Positions 39,301-49,463 are shown, numbered from the whole stretch's first letter. The stretch: DNA of 63,652 nt, filler included, from Deltaproteobacteria bacterium (GCA_016283195.1; 6 parts of 6 records of this genome joined end to end with filler, not necessarily neighbours in it); one strand, 5' to 3'. The notes: generated by a model not told the origin, from the sequence alone. A program made the numbers and translations.

Positions 39301-40098
39301 ATTAAAGAATGGGCTAAAGGCTGGGAAGAACAAGCCAAAAAAGAGCACGCCAATCGCTGCGCCGCGGCCTATGCCGAACGCCGTTTCAAAGATTTAAACT
39401 GGGCTACAAACAAATATAAAGAGATGACCATCAGTGAGCTGAACCCCACCAGCCCAACTAAAATTAAGAATTTCCAGGATTCTATCAAAGCCAAAACTAA
39501 AGAGCGTGAACGCTTAAAAGCTCTTTATCAAAAAGTGGCCGAAATCGGTGTTGCCGAGTGGTCACTCGCCGCTCTCTACCAAATCGGCGAAATGGCTTAC
39601 GACGAGATTCAAAAAGTCTTGGAGGCGCCACTCCCCAAATATCTGTACGGCGAAGTTGTTGATGATGACATGAAAGAAACCTTTAAATATCAGCTAGAAG
39701 AGATGTCTGAGCCCTTAAAAGCCGATGCCATTGAGGCCTTCCAACTGGCTGCCGATAAAGCGAGCGAACTGGGTGTATATAATAAATGGTCTATGAAAGC
39801 TTTGGACCGTTTGCAGGAATACGGCGAATTCCCCATGGTAGCAGAGATGGAACTGCCGCCTATTCCCGGTGAAATTAACTTGCGCCGTCTCTCTTTTATC
39901 ACCGATACCAAGAAGCAGAATCCCGGCGAGTATGTGCCAATTACTTTGAAAGTTCCGGAACCTGTGCCGGCTCCGGCTTGTGTCCCGGCTGAAGGAGTAG
40001 AATGCCCGCCGCCTGATGCCAACGGTGAAGCTGCTCCGGCCGCCGGCGCTCAAGAAACTGCCGAAAGCTCTGCCCCGGCTGCGAAAGTGGAGGAATAA
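36346..40098 (+). CDS. Large periplasmic TPR protein (GltD/AgmU-like) with N-terminal SH3b-like domain
   Basis: Signal peptide; LEVLDFNRGWFKVQFGKKVGFV SH3b; AWFQLGEYYF, YKQGWCYIN, EWSLAALYQIG, A.ELGVYNKWS C-terminal motif typical of AgmU-like proteins. Confidence 0.7.
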   Translation: MTNNYLFNKLAKGMAVLFFLTGSEAMAQKVGNSCTTTAAFNMTSGDQGSGKSTQIPAKKSLEVLDFNRGWFKVQFGKKVGFVKASVLNKNCKDSGGNVQKKELQKEEALSKKEQGIDLSSMDAAKTTSRSAAEQGPAAAPTITPAQLRQEKQRAAIGDSLDDTLAACEELLDLADPESMDTAVKIQNCADHYWEKAKELFFCSEDFNTPKAKQDECRKDMEAAQAKTLELYDQILADYKSFPDYDEVLYSAGLYRVELEKHNQAIKHFKDIIQYYGDSKRVSDAWFQLGEYYFNVENSARKALGSYQKAAEQTGTFIYPFSVYKQGWCYINTGEWDKAKERFKSTISLTCAPGNEFSKSWAGLCKDGLRDYVRAYSNIGESKLAMEDFKKIGGKQNYRSMMENLGLLYIDQGKHNDVTVAFNDLLNDDPNDIRNPIFNAYLVESANAVGNKANVVKAVKTLAESYKKARKLAENSKGDEETLKKVQKSLNEATDIAENTVRKVAYEYAKEGRSKGNLEVMNYSREVYRDYLSIFPDTKHLFEMTFMYAELLYDIAEKTNDDKKYAATMDEAATNYISVVKMRPNPETDMEKKIVEAAASSAVHALSAVVEYEEKIHPVKVKGTQEVAIPEIYQKLIDACLTYIKYRPNGDDIVGIRYKMARIYYLFNHYDKAAPAFHDIVYNHPTDPVACYAANLTIDIYNGQANYAKLQELTREYINNKELSCGEKERAAFAVIEVKATFMLAQALEQKEEFLAAADAYMDFYKRYPNSEYAVLAVSNAAVCYDKGSKIEDAINTRLYLINKLANHPHADKDLIRDTHHDIAATYDRIADFANAAEYYESFVAAYPKDKRSNDAIYNAGIYREVLKQYGKAEKNRWLYIEKYNKNMEDGAQVYFSICEARETAAAEYEESIKKADKKDRSDMRKVALKKWENANDCYYNYLQVKGYQKVNGALDRQCYGQYRRAEILRQHIKNTKGAREIYDFIIKEWAKGWEEQAKKEHANRCAAAYAERRFKDLNWATNKYKEMTISELNPTSPTKIKNFQDSIKAKTKERERLKALYQKVAEIGVAEWSLAALYQIGEMAYDEIQKVLEAPLPKYLYGEVVDDDMKETFKYQLEEMSEPLKADAIEAFQLAADKASELGVYNKWSMKALDRLQEYGEFPMVAEMELPPIPGEINLRRLSFITDTKKQNPGEYVPITLKVPEPVPAPACVPAEGVECPPPDANGEAAPAAGAQETAESSAPAAKVEE

Positions 40099-40101
40099 GC
40101 C

Positions 40102-41727
40102 ATGAAATTTAAATATATAGTTTTGTCAAATATGCGCCCGGCCTTTACGGCTCTGGCCACCCTCGCCATTACCTGCGGCTTCCTCGCCTGCGGCGGCCCT
40201 AAAAAACCGGTAAATGTGGCTCCGCCGCCGCCGGAGCGGGATTTAGCCAAAGAAGCGGCCGATGCCCTTTCAGATGCCGTTACCGATATTTATAAAGGCA
40301 TAAAAGCCGGCGAACTCAATCCGCAAAAAGTAGCAGCCGATTTGCAAAAAGTTCTCAGCCTGGATCCCAAAAATGTCATCGCCCTCTATAATTTAGGCGT
40401 TTTGGAAGAGCTCAAAGAGAATAAAGACGGCGCGGCTGATTTTTACAAAAAGGCTGTGGAAATCGATAAATCCTTCAAACCGGCCGCTCTCAACCTGGCT
40501 CGTATTTACCTCATGGAAAATAAAATCGATGAGGCTGTAGCCCTTTATCAGGAATTTATCAAAAACGAGCCGCGTGAATGGCAAGCCCGCCTGGCTCTGG
40601 CTCAAATGCTTTTTAGATCAAAACGTTACAATGAGGCTATTGATGTATCACGTCAGGTTTTGCAAAGAAAAGGCGACGAAATTGAAGCTTTTAGAATTTT
40701 GGCCGAGTCTTATTACAACATCGATAACGTAGCTCTAGCCGCTCTCATTGCCGCCAAAGGTCTAAAATTAAATGAACACGATGCCCGCCTAACCTTCTTA
40801 ATCGGCAAAATGCAGCTCAAAAAAGGCGATATTCCCGGCGCCGTAGCCAAGTTCCGCCAGGCCATTGAATATGCGCCCAACTGGATTGAAGCCCGCCAGG
40901 AACGCGGTGCCATTTCCCTCTCCTTCCGCGATTTTAACAACGCGGCAGAAGACTTCCAAACCGTGGTAAATATGGATAAAAACAACATTCCGGCTCTTCT
41001 TGGTCTCGGCATTTCTTATAAAGGTTTAAAGCGCTTTGAAGAGGCCGAGAAATATTATAAACAGATTTTGGATCTTGAGCCCAAACTGCCGGAAGCCCAT
41101 TGGAATTTAGCTATTTTGTATCATCGGGATTTGAACCGCTTTGACGATGCTCTTAAAGAATACCGCACTTTTAAAGAGGTAGCTCCGCAAAATAGCGATA
41201 AACTCAAAGATCTTGATAAAACCATCAAAGAGGTGGAAGACACCATCGTAGTAATGAAGAAGATGGAAGAACGCATGAAGCAGCAGGAAGAGCAAAAGCG
41301 CCAGGCTCTGGCTGCGCTTAACGAGATTGAAGCCAAAATTAATGCCAAGGACTTTGCCGCGGCCGAAGCTCTATTAAAGCCCTTTATTGAGAATGCTCCC
41401 GGCGATATGGAGCTCAATATGAAACTGCGTACCTTTATGGCTAAAGCCTTGATTGGCCAGGAACGCTATCAGGAAGCTGTAACTCATGTGGGCTTTTTAC
41501 TCGGTATGAATCCCGAAGATAAAGAGGCCCTCGCTATGTACAAGACTCTTGAAGCCAAAATGGGCGCTCAAAGCGATACTCCGCCCGAGGGTGAAGCCGG
41601 AGCTGATGGCGCCGCCCAAGCTCAACCGCCGGCTGCCGAAAGTGCCGATGGTGCCAGTGATGAAGATGCCGCTCTGGCTGCCGAAAATGCCGCTGAGAGC
41701 GATGAAGCCGCCGAGAGCGGAGAATAA
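40102..41727 (+). CDS. TPR lipoprotein (GltE/AglT-like)
   Basis: Lipobox LACGG; many TPRs (ALYNLG, AHWNLAILY); follows GltD-like gene. Confidence 0.68.
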   Translation: MKFKYIVLSNMRPAFTALATLAITCGFLACGGPKKPVNVAPPPPERDLAKEAADALSDAVTDIYKGIKAGELNPQKVAADLQKVLSLDPKNVIALYNLGVLEELKENKDGAADFYKKAVEIDKSFKPAALNLARIYLMENKIDEAVALYQEFIKNEPREWQARLALAQMLFRSKRYNEAIDVSRQVLQRKGDEIEAFRILAESYYNIDNVALAALIAAKGLKLNEHDARLTFLIGKMQLKKGDIPGAVAKFRQAIEYAPNWIEARQERGAISLSFRDFNNAAEDFQTVVNMDKNNIPALLGLGISYKGLKRFEEAEKYYKQILDLEPKLPEAHWNLAILYHRDLNRFDDALKEYRTFKEVAPQNSDKLKDLDKTIKEVEDTIVVMKKMEERMKQQEEQKRQALAALNEIEAKINAKDFAAAEALLKPFIENAPGDMELNMKLRTFMAKALIGQERYQEAVTHVGFLLGMNPEDKEALAMYKTLEAKMGAQSDTPPEGEAGADGAAQAQPPAAESADGASDEDAALAAENAAESDEAAESGE

Positions 41728-41776
41728 GGCGAATATAAAAGTTGCCAAATCTGCCACATAACAAAGGGTAGCAGCT

Positions 41777-42736
41777 ATGGATGATGGTTTACAAGAATGG
41801 CATGATGAAATTTCCGCTCTGCCGGTGGAAGAGATTCTTGGACTATGCTACGCCTTTCAAACCAACAAAGAAAGGCTGGTGCTCTACCTGGATGTTATGC
41901 GCGGCAAAGGCGGCCCAAAAGCCCAATTTGCTTCAACTCTCATCTGCTTCGATTTGGCGCGCCAGGGGCTCGAGAGCTTTCAGCGGGAATTTTCCGCTCT
42001 GGCGCCCACCATGTTTGAGCTGGCTGAAAATGCCGAGCTGGTAGAGTCGCTCATCGGCGGCAATGATTATCTCACTTTTATCTGGGATCTGTGCCAGGCA
42101 CAATTGGAAGAGCTGAAAGAGAGCGAACCTTCCATTGATGACCTCACCTCCATGTCTGCCGGTGATGATTCCATGGCCACCATCAACCTTTTGGATGATG
42201 TTTTGGATGATGATGATTTTCTCGATCTGGACTTCTCGCAGAACGAGGAAACCATGCTCAAAAATTTCCAATGGGCAGTAGGCGACTTTTTGGGCTGGGA
42301 TGTGGATAGCTATAAATTTGATACCGATAAAGGCTACCGCATTCACGGCAAAAAAGATATTGCCCGCACCGAAAAGTTCATTCAAGAACTCGATTCGGTG
42401 CGGGCTTTTATTCCCCGAGCCGAGAGTATGCGCGCCGTGGCTATGCTCTTTTTGGGCGCGCATCTCAATGAGCGCGATTTTTGGGGGCGGGTCAATAATC
42501 AGCGCCTGGAATTACTAAAAGAGGCTATGGAAATTTTTAACAATAACCCGCAGCCTTTTTTTGAATACACCCCTGCTCTTATGGGCCAATTTGCCGATAA
42601 TGATACCTGGACTAAGGTTTTGCACACTCTCATGCATTATGTGCGCTGGAACTATTTCCACCGCGCCGATGGGCCAAACCCCCTGCCCACAGATTTTTAC
42701 GATCCTCTGGAAAAGCTGCCAAGTTTTGATATGTAG
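41777..42736 (+). CDS. Hypothetical acidic protein
   Basis: 319-aa ORF co-oriented with the TPR genes. Confidence 0.75.
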   Translation: MDDGLQEWHDEISALPVEEILGLCYAFQTNKERLVLYLDVMRGKGGPKAQFASTLICFDLARQGLESFQREFSALAPTMFELAENAELVESLIGGNDYLTFIWDLCQAQLEELKESEPSIDDLTSMSAGDDSMATINLLDDVLDDDDFLDLDFSQNEETMLKNFQWAVGDFLGWDVDSYKFDTDKGYRIHGKKDIARTEKFIQELDSVRAFIPRAESMRAVAMLFLGAHLNERDFWGRVNNQRLELLKEAMEIFNNNPQPFFEYTPALMGQFADNDTWTKVLHTLMHYVRWNYFHRADGPNPLPTDFYDPLEKLPSFDM

Positions 42737-42803
42737 GCGCGGCTCCCTCACCACCTAACTCTGTTCTAACCAAATTTTTTGGAGATGATCACCTTTGGGC
42801 CGC

Positions 42804-44513
42804 TTATTTTAAAATACAACGCACTGATTTTGCATTATTTATAGAGCCACTTGTTATTTCTACTCGTTCTGGGCCAACTTGAAGATAATAGCCGTTACCA
42901 CCTGTACTTTCACTAGTCCAAAAACCTGCGGCCTTGCCGAAATATTCGTACTTGGTTATATAGTCACCCTGTGTGGAATCATAATATTTATAAGCATGTC
43001 CGGCCGGCTGGGCTCCAAAACCAAAATCATTGCCACCAAGCTCAGGATAATCCGTCCAATATGTTGTTTTATAAATCATGGCCCGGAGTATAGATTGGCT
43101 CGTTTTATTTTCATCAATGTAATTTTTTAGCTCATAAAAATCAGTATCATTTGGCAAACTCCAGCCAGTAGGACAAATATTCTTGGCATTTTCCCAAGTG
43201 TATAATAGCCCATAAATATAATCCATGTTGCTATTACCACCTGCATAAAAGTAATCTATGCCCTTATAGCGCAAATTATCGGCCATCCAAATCTGTTTTC
43301 CGATAGAGACTACCTGATATGATGTTTGATCCCGCTCGTCAGTAAATTTGCAATAATAAGAATCATCGGCGGAATAATTGCCATTTGGTCTTTGGCAATT
43401 AATACAGCGCCCATTCATGGGAAAGAATCCCGGAGCACAGTGGTCACAGGAGTCACCTGCCCATCCGGCTAAACACCCCTGGCAATTATTTTGCTGGTCA
43501 AAGTGGGGCGGACATGTAGCGCAATTTGTGCCGCTCCAATGGTTTTCACACTCATTACATTCCGGCCCGGTAAAGTGTGACTTACACTTATCACAATTAT
43601 TGCCCATGGCATTTGCCGGGCATATATCGCAATTTTCCCCTGTCCAATAATTTTCACAAACGCCGCAATCCCCCCCGGTAAAATGCGGCTTACATTCAGC
43701 ACAATTTTCTCCGGTAAAGTGGTCGGCACAGCGCTCGCAATGTTCACCGCCCCAGCCCGGTATGCAGTGGCAACCATCGCCGCCCAGGCCGTCTGAACAA
43801 TTGCCTCGTCCGCTACATTCACAGGGCTTACAGGTAGGGCCATAATAATCAGGGGCACATTCACTGCAATAGTAGCCGCTAAATGGCGCCTCACAATCAC
43901 AAAGGCCATCATTGTTGCATCTGCCATTACCACTGCAATTGAGCCCATTATTGCCAATGGCACGACAGTTGATATCGCATTTGTCTCCAGCCAAACCAGG
44001 CAGGCATGATTCACAATATGTATCCGGATCAAAACCTTCGGCGCAGGTGGAACAATATGTTCCGGTAAAGCCAATAGAACAAACGCAACTTCCATCATTT
44101 TGTATGCCATCTAGGCAATAACCGTGCCCACTACACACTTTGTAATTTACCTTTGGGCAGGGGGTACAACTTGGGCCATAGTAGCCCTTTAAACAATCTT
44201 TACATTCCTTGCTGGGATCAAATCCCTGGGGACAATTGCCACTGTCTTCAGTTTTACATTCGTCATTGCAGCCATCACCATTTTCCAGATTACCATCATC
44301 GCAATCTTCACCATTTTCTTTAACACCGTTGCCGCAAACAGGCATGCCTATGTCACTTGTAGCATCGGTATCTGATGCCGCATCATGGTCTTTGGACGCT
44401 TGAGTATCATTGTTTGCTTTATTTTGAGCCGGTTCATTTTTTCCACAACTACTTATTATCAGCAAGGTAAAAACAAATAAATGATAACTCAAGAATCCAT
44501 TCGCAGCTCGCAT
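42804..44513 (-). CDS. Lipoprotein: Myxococcus Cys-rich repeat + EGF/laminin-like repeats + C-terminal FISUMP domain
   Basis: ISSC lipobox; CGNGVKENGEDCDDGN..GDGC; repeated C..C...F/W.G..C; WMADNL, YGLLYTW, CPTGWSLP, FWTS, SVRCILK. Confidence 0.85.
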   Translation of the reverse strand: MRAANGFLSYHLFVFTLLIISSCGKNEPAQNKANNDTQASKDHDAASDTDATSDIGMPVCGNGVKENGEDCDDGNLENGDGCNDECKTEDSGNCPQGFDPSKECKDCLKGYYGPSCTPCPKVNYKVCSGHGYCLDGIQNDGSCVCSIGFTGTYCSTCAEGFDPDTYCESCLPGLAGDKCDINCRAIGNNGLNCSGNGRCNNDGLCDCEAPFSGYYCSECAPDYYGPTCKPCECSGRGNCSDGLGGDGCHCIPGWGGEHCERCADHFTGENCAECKPHFTGGDCGVCENYWTGENCDICPANAMGNNCDKCKSHFTGPECNECENHWSGTNCATCPPHFDQQNNCQGCLAGWAGDSCDHCAPGFFPMNGRCINCQRPNGNYSADDSYYCKFTDERDQTSYQVVSIGKQIWMADNLRYKGIDYFYAGGNSNMDYIYGLLYTWENAKNICPTGWSLPNDTDFYELKNYIDENKTSQSILRAMIYKTTYWTDYPELGGNDFGFGAQPAGHAYKYYDSTQGDYITKYEYFGKAAGFWTSESTGGNGYYLQVGPERVEITSGSINNAKSVRCILK

Positions 44514-44613
44514 AATATACTCCATCGCTCGGATATATACCAAGCTCATGGAGCATAATGACACAAAAGACACTCAATAGCCAAGATGCTGTAAATAGAA
44601 TGTAGCTGATTGG

Positions 44614-47600
44614 TTAGTTCTTTAGAGGTGTGCCGCGATATTGCGGTTCTTTCCGGTGCAGGAAAGAGAGCAAAAGCACATAAACTGTGGGGATAACCAG
44701 CAAGGTGAGGAAGGTGGAGACGGTAAGGCCGCCGATAACCGTCCTGGCCATCGGCGACCAGAGCTCAGAGCCTTCGCCCAATTCCAGAGCCAGGGGAATC
44801 ATAGCCAAAATAGTGGTGGCAGCGGTCATAAGAACCGGGCGAAGACGTGAGCGGGCCGCCTCAGCTGCTGCATCAACAAGATTCATCCCCTTTTCCAGGA
44901 GCTGCTTAATGTAATCCACCAGCACGATACCGTTATTAACAACAATACCAACCAAGATAATGAGCCCGACCAGAGCCGTTATTTGCAAAGTGGTGTGCGT
45001 TAAAACCAGCATGACCACAACGCCAATCCAGGTGAGCGGCATGGTAAAGAGAATAACAAAAGGCTCCAAAAGCGATTCAAACTGCGAAGCCATAACGGCA
45101 TAGACCAAAAAGATGGCTACCACAATGGCGAGGCCCAGGAATTTGAAGGAATCCTGCATATCTTCGGCCGAACCGGCCACTTCGTACATTACGTCGTTAT
45201 CTTGCGGCAAAGAGTCGATAACTTCCTGCACCGCTTTGGTCACCACGCCCAAGGTGTAATCGCTCTTTTTGGTAATATCTATAGAAGCCATGCGCTGTTG
45301 ATTAAAGCGCTGAATCTGGCTGGGAGCAATAGTCTCTTCCAATTCGGCTACAGCCCGGAGCGGCAAAACTTTGCCGGTAGGCGCCACAAGCGGCAGCTCA
45401 GGCAAAGTGGTTTCTCTATCGCGGTCGGCTTTACTGGCGCGCACTAAAATATCCCATTCATCACCGGAATCGCGCATGGTACCAGCCTTCATACCCTGAA
45501 AATAGGCGGAGACGGAAACAGCCACTTCACTGGGAGTAATACCGATATTTTTGAGCCGCTCACGGTCCAGTTTAATATTAAACTGCGGCTCGCCCTCTTC
45601 GAGAGAGAAAGTCATAAACTCAATAGAAGGCACCTTTTCCAAAGTATATTTCAGCTCGGTACCCACTTGTTTCAGCTTATCCAGGTCGTCGCAGAAAATA
45701 CGCAAATTAATATCGGCACTATTGCCCATGCCCTGCTTGGTGATTTTTACTTCAATACCGGTGATATCGGCCACCTGGCGGTAAATTTCATCTTCAATCT
45801 CGCGTTGCGAACGAGCGCGCTGCGAGCGCTTGGGCAATTTGACGCGGATATTACCGGCCGAAGCAGAAACACCATTTAGAGCACCAAAGCCATCCTGCAC
45901 ACCAAAGCGGGCATTGATATTGATGGCCTCCGGAGCGGCCCGGCGGATAGCCGCCTCCACCTCTTTGACCTTGGCGTTAAAGTCTTCCAGCTGGGTGCCC
46001 TTTTTGACGTTATAGGAAACAATGATGTTACCTTGATCCATCTGGCCCATAAAGTCCATATCAAGAAAGGCGATAGTCATAAAAATACTGCCGACAAAAA
46101 GCAAAGCGGTAACAAAGAGAGTCAGCGCTTTGTGCCCCAAAGCCACCGTCATAAAGCGGCCATAAAGATTAGCCAGAGACTCAATCCAGCCGGAAGTAGT
46201 GGCGATAAGGCGCTTAAAGAGGCTGCTTTTTTTACGCACCTCACCCGGAGCATGACGTTTACCCAAAATACGCGAAGTGAGCATAGGAATGAGGGTAACA
46301 GCCACGAGCAGAGACCCCAGCAAAGAGACGCAAATAACAATACACATATCGCGGAACATTTCGCCGGCAATACCGGGAACAAAGAGAATCGGCACAAAGA
46401 CAACCAAGGTGGTGAGAGTGGAAGCACCAACGGCCATATACACCTCACTGGTGCCGTCAACTGCCGCCTGTTTGGCATCTATGTCACGCGTTTTAAAGTG
46501 GCGGTAAATATTTTCCACAACCACGATGGAGTTATCAACCAGCATACCGATAGCCAGAGAGAGGCCGGAGAGCGACATCATATTGAGGGTGACGTTCATC
46601 TGCCCCATGGCCGCAAAAGCCACCAGCATACTGATGGGGATACTCACACCAACGACAATGGAACTTCTAATAGAACCCATGAAGAAGATGAGCACCAAAA
46701 CAACGGTTAAAATGGCCTGCCAGGCAGTGTCACCCAGGTTGGCGATGGTGGTATTGATAATATCAGACTGGTCAAAAATAGTAACAATTTCAATACTATC
46801 AGGCAATGTGTTTTTTAAGCTGGCCAGGCGTTTTTTCACATTATTGGCGGCCTGCACGGTGTTGGCGTCGGATTGGCGGCGCACCATAACCATAACTACA
46901 TCTTCGCCGTTGTTACGAGCGTAGTTTTCCACTTCCACAAAGCCATCTTCCACTTCGGCTATATCTTTTAGGGTAATGATGCGGCCGTTTCTGGAACCAA
47001 CCACTGTTTTTTCTATCTCTTCGGTACTTCTAAACTGGCCTTCGGTATAAATACTGTAATCTTTTTGGCCATTATCCATGGAGCCGCCGGGAAGCTGGCG
47101 GTTAGCGGCCTGGATGGCGCCGATAATTCCGGCTACGCCAAAGCCCATAGCCCGCATACGCTCAATGTCCAGGTTGACATTGACCTGGCGCTCAAGACCA
47201 CCTATTGTACTGGCTTCGGCAATACCCTCGGCACGCTCCAAAAAGGGCTCGATGCGCTCTTCGGCAATGTAGCGCAGCTCGGCCGGAGTGTAATTACCTT
47301 TGACACCAAACATGATAATCGGTTGCATGGAGGGGTCAAAGGCAAAGGCCACCGGCTCCTGCGCATCATCGGGCAGGCTGGCGGCCACCATGTTGACATA
47401 TTTTTGCACATCCTGTTCGGCTTTATCCATGTCGTAGCCCCAGTTGAATTCCACCATAACAATGGAAACCGACTGGCTGGAGGTACTGCTAATCTCCTTA
47501 ATACCGGTAACCGAAGCCACCGACTCCTCGATGGGGCGGGTGACCAGAGTTTCGATATCTTCGGGGTTGGCGCCCACATAGGTGGTCATAACAACCACCA

Positions 47601-47730
47601 TGGGGAAATCAATATCGGGATAAAGGTCGAGCTTTAACTGCATGAAGTTAAAGACACCAAATCCCGCTATGATGATAAAAAGCATAGAGAGAGTAACTGC
47701 CCGGCGGACCGAGACCTCAGGTATATTCAT
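44614..47730 (-). CDS. Efflux RND transporter permease (AcrB/SwrC-like)
   Basis: GMLVDNSIVVVENI, GIVVNNGIVLVD, RLRPVLMT; 1038 aa. Confidence 0.95.
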   Translation of the reverse strand: MNIPEVSVRRAVTLSMLFIIIAGFGVFNFMQLKLDLYPDIDFPMVVVMTTYVGANPEDIETLVTRPIEESVASVTGIKEISSTSSQSVSIVMVEFNWGYDMDKAEQDVQKYVNMVAASLPDDAQEPVAFAFDPSMQPIIMFGVKGNYTPAELRYIAEERIEPFLERAEGIAEASTIGGLERQVNVNLDIERMRAMGFGVAGIIGAIQAANRQLPGGSMDNGQKDYSIYTEGQFRSTEEIEKTVVGSRNGRIITLKDIAEVEDGFVEVENYARNNGEDVVMVMVRRQSDANTVQAANNVKKRLASLKNTLPDSIEIVTIFDQSDIINTTIANLGDTAWQAILTVVLVLIFFMGSIRSSIVVGVSIPISMLVAFAAMGQMNVTLNMMSLSGLSLAIGMLVDNSIVVVENIYRHFKTRDIDAKQAAVDGTSEVYMAVGASTLTTLVVFVPILFVPGIAGEMFRDMCIVICVSLLGSLLVAVTLIPMLTSRILGKRHAPGEVRKKSSLFKRLIATTSGWIESLANLYGRFMTVALGHKALTLFVTALLFVGSIFMTIAFLDMDFMGQMDQGNIIVSYNVKKGTQLEDFNAKVKEVEAAIRRAAPEAININARFGVQDGFGALNGVSASAGNIRVKLPKRSQRARSQREIEDEIYRQVADITGIEVKITKQGMGNSADINLRIFCDDLDKLKQVGTELKYTLEKVPSIEFMTFSLEEGEPQFNIKLDRERLKNIGITPSEVAVSVSAYFQGMKAGTMRDSGDEWDILVRASKADRDRETTLPELPLVAPTGKVLPLRAVAELEETIAPSQIQRFNQQRMASIDITKKSDYTLGVVTKAVQEVIDSLPQDNDVMYEVAGSAEDMQDSFKFLGLAIVVAIFLVYAVMASQFESLLEPFVILFTMPLTWIGVVVMLVLTHTTLQITALVGLIILVGIVVNNGIVLVDYIKQLLEKGMNLVDAAAEAARSRLRPVLMTAATTILAMIPLALELGEGSELWSPMARTVIGGLTVSTFLTLLVIPTVYVLLLSFLHRKEPQYRGTPLKN

Positions 47731-47762
47731 AGGTTTTGCTCCTAAACTCGCGGCAGCGGCCT

Positions 47763-48169
47763 TTAGACGTTGGAATTATCTTTGATAACTTTAACCGAGT
47801 CGCCGTTATGCAAAATATGCTGGCCCAGGGTCACCACCTTTTCATCGCCGGTAAGCCCTTCCAGAACTTCCACATAATCGCCCTCACGGAAGCCAACTTT
47901 GATGACCTTTTTCACCGCTTTGCCATTTTCCACCACATAGACATTGGCGGTGCCGTCGGCTTTGCGCTCCATGGTAATGCCGTTCGGGATGGTGAGCACA
48001 TTGGGGTATTCTTCCAGCTTGATTTTAACATCAGCCAGCATACCGGGGCGCAGTTCATGGCTCTTGTTGTTCAGCATGGCTTCTATGGTAATGGAGCGGC
48101 TGATGCGGTCGATCATCGGGCTAACTCTAGTGAGTTTGCCGGTTACCTCCACGCCGGGGGCCGCTTTAC
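47763..48169 (-). CDS. RND periplasmic adaptor subunit, C-terminal part
   Basis: LRPGMLADV, VEVLEGL.GDEKVVTLGQ. Confidence 0.88.
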
Positions 48170-48269
48170 NNNNNNNNNNNNNNNNNNNNNNNNNNNNNNN
48201 NNNNNNNNNNNNNTTAATTAATTAANNNNNNNNNNNNNNNNNNNNNNNNNNNNNNNNNNNNNNNNNNNN
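48170..48269. other. Assembly contig linker
   Basis: N-run + TTAATTAATTAA. Confidence 0.98.
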
Positions 48270-48911
48270 AAGGATTTGGAATGGAATGATGCCGGTGTGG
48301 AAGGCCTTTTGCGCTTTATCCAGCGCATTTACCGCCTCTATGTGGCTCTCGCCGATGGAGTAAAAGAGGTAGCTCCGGCTACTAGCAACGAGGGCCTTAG
48401 CGGCGCTTCTCTGGATCTTAGAAAACTCCTCCATCGCACTTTGCAAAAGGTGACCGAAGAGCTCGCCGAGCGCTACCATTTTAATACCGCCATCGCTTCT
48501 CTTATGGAGCTAGTAAACGGCATTTATCAGAGCGGCGTTTTGGATGATGCCGAGAAAATAGCAGCCCCGGTGCGCCGCGAAGTTTTGGAAAAAGTGGCCA
48601 TCATGCTCTCGCCATTTGCGCCCCATGTAGCCGAAACTCTTTGGGAATCACTAGGTAATAGCACCATGGTGAGCTCTGCCCGCTGGCCGGAAGTTGATAA
48701 AGCGGCTCTTACCATCGATAGCATCAAAATAGTGGTGCAGGTAAATGGCAAACTTCGGGGTGAAGTGGAAGTAGCCGTGGGGGCTGACCAGGAGACAGTC
48801 CTCGCCGCTGCTAAAAATGATGAGCGCGTCGCCCGCCACCTTGAGGGCATGAATATCAAAAAAGTTATTTATGTACCAAAGCGCCTGCTCAATATCGTAG
48901 TAGTAAAATAA
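48270..48911 (+). CDS. leuS: Leucine--tRNA ligase, C-terminal part
   Basis: FNTAIASLMELVN, LSPFAPH.AE.LW, VVQVNGKLR, KKVIYVP..LLNIV. Confidence 0.93.
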   Translation, partial: KDLEWNDAGVEGLLRFIQRIYRLYVALADGVKEVAPATSNEGLSGASLDLRKLLHRTLQKVTEELAERYHFNTAIASLMELVNGIYQSGVLDDAEKIAAPVRREVLEKVAIMLSPFAPHVAETLWESLGNSTMVSSARWPEVDKAALTIDSIKIVVQVNGKLRGEVEVAVGADQETVLAAAKNDERVARHLEGMNIKKVIYVPKRLLNIVVVK

Positions 48912-49056
48912 AAAAACTCTTCATTTGGACGATAACCCACCAGATCGCTTGCGGCAGCCACTTGAACCTCTCCCCCTAACTTATTGTATTTTTATGAAAA
49001 TCACCACTCCCCCATAGAGGGAGGGGCTCCACAAAATGTCAAGACATAAACAACTT

Positions 49057-49388
49057 GCTACCGAGCTCTGGCGGGGTGCTGGGGCGGCAGCCCCGGCTAA
49101 GCCAGAGGCAGGCTATGCAAACCAAGACATTAAGTGTGGCCTCTGGCTTTTAAGAGAAATAAGAAGAGATTGATTTTGTAACATAGCATAAACAGTGGCA
49201 TTTTTATTGAATGCCCGGGGTCCGGGGTGTCCCCGGCCGTGCGGCGGAAGAAGGGGCGTGGGGAAGAAACCTGAGCGCTTCGGAAGTAGCGGAGGTTTCT
49301 TCCCCACAAAGAAAAAAGAAATAAAATCAAGAGAAAAAATCGAGCAGAAACGGGCATTACAGTTAAGAAAAAAGAGGGCACACCGCTA
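49057..49388. mobile_element. Structured ~330-bp dispersed non-coding element, copy 2
   Basis: Inverted homolog of 32829-33140; its 49057-49094 end also matches 31887-31922. Confidence 0.7.
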
Positions 49389-49463
49389 GTGGAGATTTTT
49401 CCAAAGTAAGAAAAAGCACGTGGTTAATTTTTTAAAGGGAAACAAGTAGCGAAAACAGGACTC

